Below are positions 26,164-33,163 of a stretch of DNA of 33,163 bases, one piece after another. Numbering within the stretch: position 1 is the stretch's first letter; each line of letters opens with the position of its first letter. The stretch is taken from contig JBDROZ010000107.1 of NCBI GenBank assembly GCA_043809585.1, positions 1 through 33,163 on the forward strand. Reading direction: 5' to 3'. Below the pieces are notes generated by a model. It saw nothing but the letters and a program-made list of their open reading frames with translations. It was not told the DNA's origin and did no database searches. The stretch is from Candidatus Eiseniibacteriota bacterium. GTDB lineage: Bacteria; Orphanbacterota; Orphanbacteria; Orphanbacterales; Orphanbacteraceae. The translations under genes were made by a program, and so were the position numbers.

Positions 26164-26498
26164 TGGAGCACCCCCGGCGCGTAGCCCGGAATCAGGTCGG
26201 GCTGGTAGTGGGCCGTGTCGAGGAGCGCGAGTCCCACGAAAAGCACCACGAAGAGGAGGGAGGCGACCAGCACCAGCGCGTTGAACGGGCTGTCGTAGCG
26301 GAGGTGCATGAAGTAGAGCCCCACGAAGGACGCCTTCACGAGGGCGATCGCGAGGGCGATCCAAATGTTGAGGGAGCCGAGATCGACCTTGACGGCGCCG
26401 ACGGTGACCGCCGTGAGCACCACGAGGGCGAGCCAGACACCGAAGAGGACCTTGAGGGGCACCACGTGAGCGCCGCCGCCGTGACTACCCTTTTCCAT
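26160..26498 (-). CDS. ctaF: Cytochrome c oxidase subunit IV (caa3-type)
   Basis: Three TM segments with motifs LVVLTAVTV and IALVKASFV.LYFMHLRYD. Confidence 0.85.
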   Translation of the reverse strand: MEKGSHGGGAHVVPLKVLFGVWLALVVLTAVTVGAVKVDLGSLNIWIALAIALVKASFVGLYFMHLRYDSPFNALVLVASLLFVVLFVGLALLDTAHYQPDLIPGYAPGVLQ

Positions 26499-26525
26499 CG
26501 TTCATCCCGCCTCGTCTCTCCCCGG

Positions 26526-27371
26526 TCAGTGAATCAAGTAGAGCAGGGGAAAGAGAAAGATCCATATCAGATCCACCAGGTGCCAATAGAGGCCCGCCAG
26601 GTCGACGGGCGTGTTGTACTCGGCGCTGAACTCCCCCCGGAGGGCGCGCACGAGAACCCAGCCGATCACGATCATCCCCACAATCACGTGGATGCCGTGA
26701 AGGCCGGTCATGAGGAAGTAGACGGCGAAGAAGGTCTGCACGTTCTTCGGTTCCTCGGCGAGGACATGGCCGTGCTTCGCCATCCCCTCCACCTCCGGAG
26801 CGAGACCGGGCGGGCCGATCGCCGCGGGGTTCACGTGGGAACGCTCCTCCGCCGGGATCTCGGGCGTCATCTCGAGCGTGGCCGCCGCCTCCGGCGACTC
26901 CGCATCCACTCCGTGCCCGTCCCCGGCGTGCGATTCCTCGTGAGTCGGTTTGTACCGTGCGCCCCAGAGGAGCCCGTGCTTCCACTTCGCCTCGTACTCG
27001 GCCTTCTTGATGCCGAGGAAGCCGACGCCGCCGAGGAGCGTGAGGGAGAGCATGATCACGAGGAGCCGCCGGTTCCCCATCTGAGCGGCCCGGACCGCCC
27101 ACGCCATGGAGAGGCTGCTCGTGATCAGCACCATCGTGTTGATCCCGCCGAGAGGAATGCTGAGAAAGCGGTGGGCGTAGACGAAGATCTCCGGGTGGTT
27201 CCCCCGGTAGACTGCGTAAGCCGAGAAGAGCCCGCCGAAGAGAAGAATCTCCGTGGCGAGAAACAGCCACATGCCGAGCTTCCCCGACTCCCGCTGCTGC
27301 TCCGGCGTGGCGAAGTGATGAAGCAGGGCCTTCGAGTGCCCCCCCGCCCCGCTCCCTTCGGACCGTCTCAT
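26526..27371 (-). CDS. ctaE: Cytochrome c oxidase subunit III
   Basis: Motifs HHF...QQ....[35 protein letters not shown] and [20 protein letters not shown]. Confidence 0.9.
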   Translation of the reverse strand: MRRSEGSGAGGHSKALLHHFATPEQQRESGKLGMWLFLATEILLFGGLFSAYAVYRGNHPEIFVYAHRFLSIPLGGINTMVLITSSLSMAWAVRAAQMGNRRLLVIMLSLTLLGGVGFLGIKKAEYEAKWKHGLLWGARYKPTHEESHAGDGHGVDAESPEAAATLEMTPEIPAEERSHVNPAAIGPPGLAPEVEGMAKHGHVLAEEPKNVQTFFAVYFLMTGLHGIHVIVGMIVIGWVLVRALRGEFSAEYNTPVDLAGLYWHLVDLIWIFLFPLLYLIH

Positions 27372-27372
27372 C

Positions 27373-29031
<1,659 letters not shown>

Positions 29032-29046
29032 CCGTTCCCTCGGTCC

Positions 29047-30006
29047 CTACTCGCTGAGCGTCTTCATGTATTCGATGATGGCCGTGATCTCCCGGTCCTT
29101 CAGGCGGCCCTGGTAGGTCGGCATCACGGCCTCGTAGCCGGCGACGATGTACGCCATCGGCTCCAGGATCGATTGGCGGAGGTAGTTCTCCTCCGCCGTG
29201 TAAGCCGTGCCGTCGTCGAAGACCCCCTTCCGCCCGTAGAGCCCCTTGAAGCTCGGGCCGATGTTCGACGACCCGTCCGCGGTGTGGCACTGTTTGCATC
29301 CCCGGGCGGCGTACAGCTTCGCGCCCGCCTCGGCCGGGCTCATCCGGTCGAGGAAGTCCGACGCCTGCTCGAGCCAGATCTCGAACTCGCCCGGGGGGTG
29401 GACGATCACCTTCGCGATCATGTCCGAGTGGCTCGTGCCGCAGTACTCGGCGCAGAAGAGGTCGTACTCGCCGGGCTCCGTCGCCTCGAACCAGACGTTG
29501 CTGTAGCGTCCCGGCACCACGTCCTTCTTCACCCGGAACGCGGGGACGAAGAAGCTGTGGATCACGTCCTCCGAAGTCATGACGAGCCGGACCGGCACGT
29601 CCACCGGCGCGTGGAGATTCTGATCCACGTAGCCGTTCGGATAGGTGAACATCCACGACCACTTCTGGGCGGTCACGTTGACTTCGTACGAGTTCCCCGG
29701 CGGCGTGGCGAGGTTCATGTAGCCCACGAACCCGAGGTAGAAGATCACCCCCACGAGAATCAGGGGGATCACGGTCCACGTCACCTCGAGGGCCGTGTGG
29801 TGGGTCGCCGACTTCTCCGCGTCCACGCCCTTCCGGCGCCGGTAGCGGATGACGAAGAGGACCATCAGCCCCACGATCAGCAGGAAGAAGAAGAGGCTGA
29901 TGTACAGAATGAAGTCGAACAGCCGGTCGACGCCCCCCGCCACCGTGGAGGCCTGCTCGGGCATCCAGAAGGAGCCGTCCTTGAACTGAATCAGAAGGTC
30001 GAGCAT
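29047..30006 (-). CDS. ctaC: Cytochrome c oxidase subunit II with fused C-terminal cytochrome c (caa3)
   Basis: Motifs LEVTWTVIP and DVIHSFFVP, CuA site CAEYCGTSHSDM, and heme c site CKQCH...MP. Confidence 0.95.
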   Translation of the reverse strand: MLDLLIQFKDGSFWMPEQASTVAGGVDRLFDFILYISLFFFLLIVGLMVLFVIRYRRRKGVDAEKSATHHTALEVTWTVIPLILVGVIFYLGFVGYMNLATPPGNSYEVNVTAQKWSWMFTYPNGYVDQNLHAPVDVPVRLVMTSEDVIHSFFVPAFRVKKDVVPGRYSNVWFEATEPGEYDLFCAEYCGTSHSDMIAKVIVHPPGEFEIWLEQASDFLDRMSPAEAGAKLYAARGCKQCHTADGSSNIGPSFKGLYGRKGVFDDGTAYTAEENYLRQSILEPMAYIVAGYEAVMPTYQGRLKDREITAIIEYMKTLSE

Positions 30007-30052
30007 GATCGGTTCCCGCTCCGGAGCCGGCCGCCGGGGTGCCGCCCCCTTC

Positions 30053-30907
30053 CTATTCTCCCTTCCCCTTCCGGCCCGCGTCCCGCCGCCAGAGGGAGAG
30101 GAGCGCCAGGCCGAGGACGACGAGCGCGATCGCCCCCCCGCCCCGCATGATGTTCATCGCCGCCGGGGCGTACTTCCCCTCGCCGGCGTCGTAGTGATAA
30201 CAGAACAGGAGGATCTTGTCGAAGGCGGACCCGATCTTCCCTTCCGAAGCCTCCACCAGGGAGAGGCGGAGCGTCTTCGCTTCGTACCGGATGCCGTAGA
30301 GAACCCGGGAGAGGCGGCCGTCCGGCGTGGCCACGAAGAGGCCGGCGGCGTGCACGTATTCCCGCCGATCCTCGTTGTACCCGTACCGGAAGCCGACGGC
30401 GCCGGCGAGGGCCCGAATGTTCTCCTCCCCGCCGGTCAGGAAGTGCCAGCCCGCCGCCGCCTCGGGCCGGCCGTACTCCCTGATGTAGTTCTGCTTTTTC
30501 AGTTTCGCCAGGGTGGGCGTCTCGGTCGGGTCGATGCTGACGACTACGACCGCGAATTCCTCACCCGGCGTCCAGTCGATCCCCTGCATCCCCTCTACGA
30601 GACCGCTCCAGACAAGCCCGCAGAGCATGGGGCACGTGTAATACCCGAGGTTGAGGATCACCGGCCGGCCCTCGGCGAAGTAGTCGCCGAGCCGAACCGG
30701 CGCGCCGTTCTCGTCGACGAACTCGAGACCGAGGGGAATGAGCCCCCCCGCCTTCTCGTCGATGCCCACGTTCTCCAGCCCGTCCGGCAGCGGCTCGGCC
30801 CGTCCACCCCCCCCCGAGTCGGTCTCCGCCGATTGGGCGAAGACGCCCGTCCCGGCGAGGGCGAAGAGGAGAAAGAGGGCGAGGACGCCGCGCGTTTTCG
30901 TTGGCAT
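30053..30907 (-). CDS. SCO/SenC family copper chaperone
   Basis: Signal peptide, YYTCPMLCG (CxxxC), VSIDPTET, WHFLTG, conserved His in YVHAAG, and a C-terminal TM segment. Confidence 0.9.
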   Translation of the reverse strand: MPTKTRGVLALFLLFALAGTGVFAQSAETDSGGGGRAEPLPDGLENVGIDEKAGGLIPLGLEFVDENGAPVRLGDYFAEGRPVILNLGYYTCPMLCGLVWSGLVEGMQGIDWTPGEEFAVVVVSIDPTETPTLAKLKKQNYIREYGRPEAAAGWHFLTGGEENIRALAGAVGFRYGYNEDRREYVHAAGLFVATPDGRLSRVLYGIRYEAKTLRLSLVEASEGKIGSAFDKILLFCYHYDAGEGKYAPAAMNIMRGGGAIALVVLGLALLSLWRRDAGRKGKGE

Positions 30908-30948
30908 TCGATCTCCCTCGCTTCCGGGGCTTTCCCGCGAGGCGGGAC

Positions 30949-31260
30949 TCACTTTTCCATCGCCGGCATGGCCGATTCGGAAACGACCAGCTCCATGGCC
31001 CGGTCAATCGGCAGCCGGACGACGCCGGACTTCTCGTCGACCCAGCCGTAGCTGTGGAGCTCCCCCTGTTGCTCCGCCCGGAGCCGGGCGAGCTGTTCGG
31101 GGACCCGTCCGTGAATCTTCCGCCCGGTCTCCGCCTCTTCGACCCGGTAGAAGATCGCCTGCAGCCAGACCACGATCGTGACGATGAGCACCACGCCGAT
31201 CACGCCGACCACCCAGAGCATCCCGGTCCTCGGATCGTCCGATATGTTCTTCGAAGCCAT
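30949..31260 (-). CDS. actG: Alternative complex III small subunit (ActG-like)
   Basis: One TM segment plus LHSYGWVD...VRLPIDRAM, positioned between actF and sco. Confidence 0.7.
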   Translation of the reverse strand: MASKNISDDPRTGMLWVVGVIGVVLIVTIVVWLQAIFYRVEEAETGRKIHGRVPEQLARLRAEQQGELHSYGWVDEKSGVVRLPIDRAMELVVSESAMPAMEK

Positions 31261-31261
31261 G

Positions 31262-32467
31262 CTACGCGTTCTCGAAGGCCAGCGACTCCTCGAGCCGCGG
31301 GTCCTTTTCGGGCACCAGGGAACGGGTCTGGAGCCGCCGGGTCGCGGCGGCGATCGAGAGTCCCGTCATGCCGAGGAAGAGCGTGAAATGAACCGGGTGG
31401 GGCGCGAGGGCCGCCGGCCCGCCCGCTTCGGGGACGACCAGCCAGTATAGATCCACGCCGTGCATCGCCAGGAGCCAGAACGACCCGAAGACGAGCAGGT
31501 TCTTCCTCCGCTTCGGGAACTGGGAGACGAGGGCGAGGAAGGGGACCACGAAGTGGCCGAAGAGGAGCAGGAGCCCGACGAGTCCCCACCCGTCCTGCTG
31601 CCTCCGGAGATACCAGACCGTCTCCTCGGGAATGTTGCCGTACCAGATCAGCATGTACTGGGAAAAGGCGATGTAAGCCCAGAAGACCGTGAAGGCGAAC
31701 ATCAGCTTCCCCATGTCGTGATAATGCTCGGCCGTGATCATGTGCGTCATCCGTCCCGCCCGCTGGGTCGCCCACGCGACGAGGGGGAGGAGGGCGAAGA
31801 AGCCGACCACGCCCCCCGCCCAGAAGTAGACCCCGAACATAGTGCTGTACCAATGGGGGTCGAGGGACATCAGGAGATCGAAGGCGGCGAAGGTGGTCGT
31901 GAAGGCGTAGGCGAACATGAGGGGGGCGCTCGCCTTCTCCATCTTCACCGAGAGTCTCGGGTCGCCGCTCTCGTCCTGCTCCGTCGAGCGGTTCAGGAGC
32001 CATCGGGAGGCGAAGATCCAGACGAGGAAGTAGGCCGCCCACCGGGCGATGAAGAACGGCTTGTTCAGGTAGCCGGTTTTCGCCTGGAGGAGCGGGTCGT
32101 GAAGGGCCTGGGTCCAAGGATAGAGCCGGTCCATGCCGAAGAGGAGAATGGGCAGGAACAGAACCGCCATGAGTCCCATGTTCGCCGCGATCACCTCCGC
32201 GAAGCGCCGCACCACCACGCTCCAACTCGCGCGGGTCAGGTGCTGGAGGATCACGAAGAAGAGGGCGCCCGACGTGACCGAGAGGAACCAGGCGTAGCCC
32301 GTCAGGTAGGCGTGCCAGAACGCCTCGCGACCCGGCGGGGAGAGGAAGGCGATCCCCACGCTGATCGCGAGGAAGAGGAGGCCGAGCCCGCCGGTCAGGC
32401 GGAAGGACGCCGGGCCGAGCCGCTCGAGGGCCCGCTGGTCTTGAAAGATCTCTCGGGGCAGTCGCAT
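31262..32467 (-). CDS. actF: Alternative complex III subunit ActF (NrfD-like membrane subunit)
   Basis: Motifs HLTRASW....RR..E, YLNKPFF.AR, DLLMSLDPHWYST.FG and HDMGKLMFAF..FWAY..FSQYMLIWYGNIPEE. Confidence 0.9.
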   Translation of the reverse strand: MRLPREIFQDQRALERLGPASFRLTGGLGLLFLAISVGIAFLSPPGREAFWHAYLTGYAWFLSVTSGALFFVILQHLTRASWSVVVRRFAEVIAANMGLMAVLFLPILLFGMDRLYPWTQALHDPLLQAKTGYLNKPFFIARWAAYFLVWIFASRWLLNRSTEQDESGDPRLSVKMEKASAPLMFAYAFTTTFAAFDLLMSLDPHWYSTMFGVYFWAGGVVGFFALLPLVAWATQRAGRMTHMITAEHYHDMGKLMFAFTVFWAYIAFSQYMLIWYGNIPEETVWYLRRQQDGWGLVGLLLLFGHFVVPFLALVSQFPKRRKNLLVFGSFWLLAMHGVDLYWLVVPEAGGPAALAPHPVHFTLFLGMTGLSIAAATRRLQTRSLVPEKDPRLEESLAFENA

Positions 32468-32479
32468 GCTCGTTCTACC

Positions 32480-33154
32480 TCACCGGAGCCTGCCGCGCAT
32501 GTCGGGCGGCACGTCGTCGATCGAGGCGTTCCGGCTCCTCTGGAGGGCCCGGACGTACGCCACGATCGCCCACCGGTCGTCCGCCGGGATCTGGGGCCCG
32601 TAGGCGGGCATGCTCCGGATCCCGTTCGTGATCGTGTTGAAGATGTGCCCCGCCGGCCGCTCCCGGATCTGATCCGAGTGGTACGAGACCGGGGGGATCC
32701 ACGTCCCCTCTTGAAGGGCGTCCGCCCGGGCCGAGACGATCCCGTCGCCGTCGCCGCCCAAACCGTGGCAGGGGGCGCAGAAGATGTCGTACCGCTCCCG
32801 CCCCCGGTTCATGAGCCGGTCCGTGACGGGGACCGGGATCTTCCGGACCCACCCGCCGTTCTCTTTTCCGCGGTGGAAGGCGTCGTCGTCGCGGAGATCT
32901 CCCCGCGCCACGGTCCCCGGCACCTCGGGCCGCATGGCCCGGCCGTCCGCGAAGAGCGGATTCGCCTGCTGGGCCTTGAATTTCGGCTGCTGGTCCATGT
33001 CGGGGATGATCTGGATGCGCGGGCGGTCGATCCTCGTGGCCCGCTCCCGCGCGATCAACGCGATCGGGAGAAACGACAGCGCCGTCATGACGGCCAATGC
33101 AGGCCAGACCCAGCCCGGCAGCGGCTTCAGGGGTGGCAGCGGAATCCGCGGCAT
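32480..33154 (-). CDS. actE: Alternative complex III monoheme cytochrome c subunit ActE
   Basis: Motifs PDMDQQPK, MR..VPGTVARG, RG..RYDIFCAPCHG and MPAY..QI...DRWAIVAYVRALQ. The start is near the window edge and uncertain. Confidence 0.85.
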   Translation of the reverse strand: MPRIPLPPLKPLPGWVWPALAVMTALSFLPIALIARERATRIDRPRIQIIPDMDQQPKFKAQQANPLFADGRAMRPEVPGTVARGDLRDDDAFHRGKENGGWVRKIPVPVTDRLMNRGRERYDIFCAPCHGLGGDGDGIVSARADALQEGTWIPPVSYHSDQIRERPAGHIFNTITNGIRSMPAYGPQIPADDRWAIVAYVRALQRSRNASIDDVPPDMRGRLR

Positions 33155-33163
33155 CGGCTCAGT

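Overview
GC-rich bacterial chromosome segment. The C-terminal PNPFNP...GVYF domain hints at an FCB-superphylum-type organism such as Eisenbacteria, Krumholzibacteriota or Latescibacterota (inference only). From left to right it holds: the end of a MITE-like palindromic element; an internally deleted rubrerythrin; an acetate-CoA ligase / acyl carrier protein / Kbl-like alpha-oxoamine synthase operon; two lipoproteins and a DNPH1/Rcl-type nucleotide N-hydrolase; and two close paralogous OPT/YSL transporters in direct orientation. Between the transporters lies an ~8 kb operon of secreted proteins: a small protein with a T9SS/FlgD-like tail, a fibre-like protein with a G2-type chaperone tail, an NPP1/Vps62-like protein and two C10 (streptopain-family) peptidases. 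Next come a SAM methyltransferase, a secreted serpin flanked by direct repeats, heme A and heme O synthases, a DUF3179 protein with Cys-to-Ser changes, and the distal end of an alternative complex III (actE-F-G) + SCO + A2-type caa3 cytochrome c oxidase operon. The best candidate for an undescribed system is the secreted-protein operon, where enzymes from two unrelated families end in the same C-terminal motif. The intergenic DNA carries several repeat families: a CTAG-bounded MITE, mosaic modules joined at a 16-bp site, and REP-like GGGACACAATA arrays. All family assignments come from motifs recognised by eye, with no database search.
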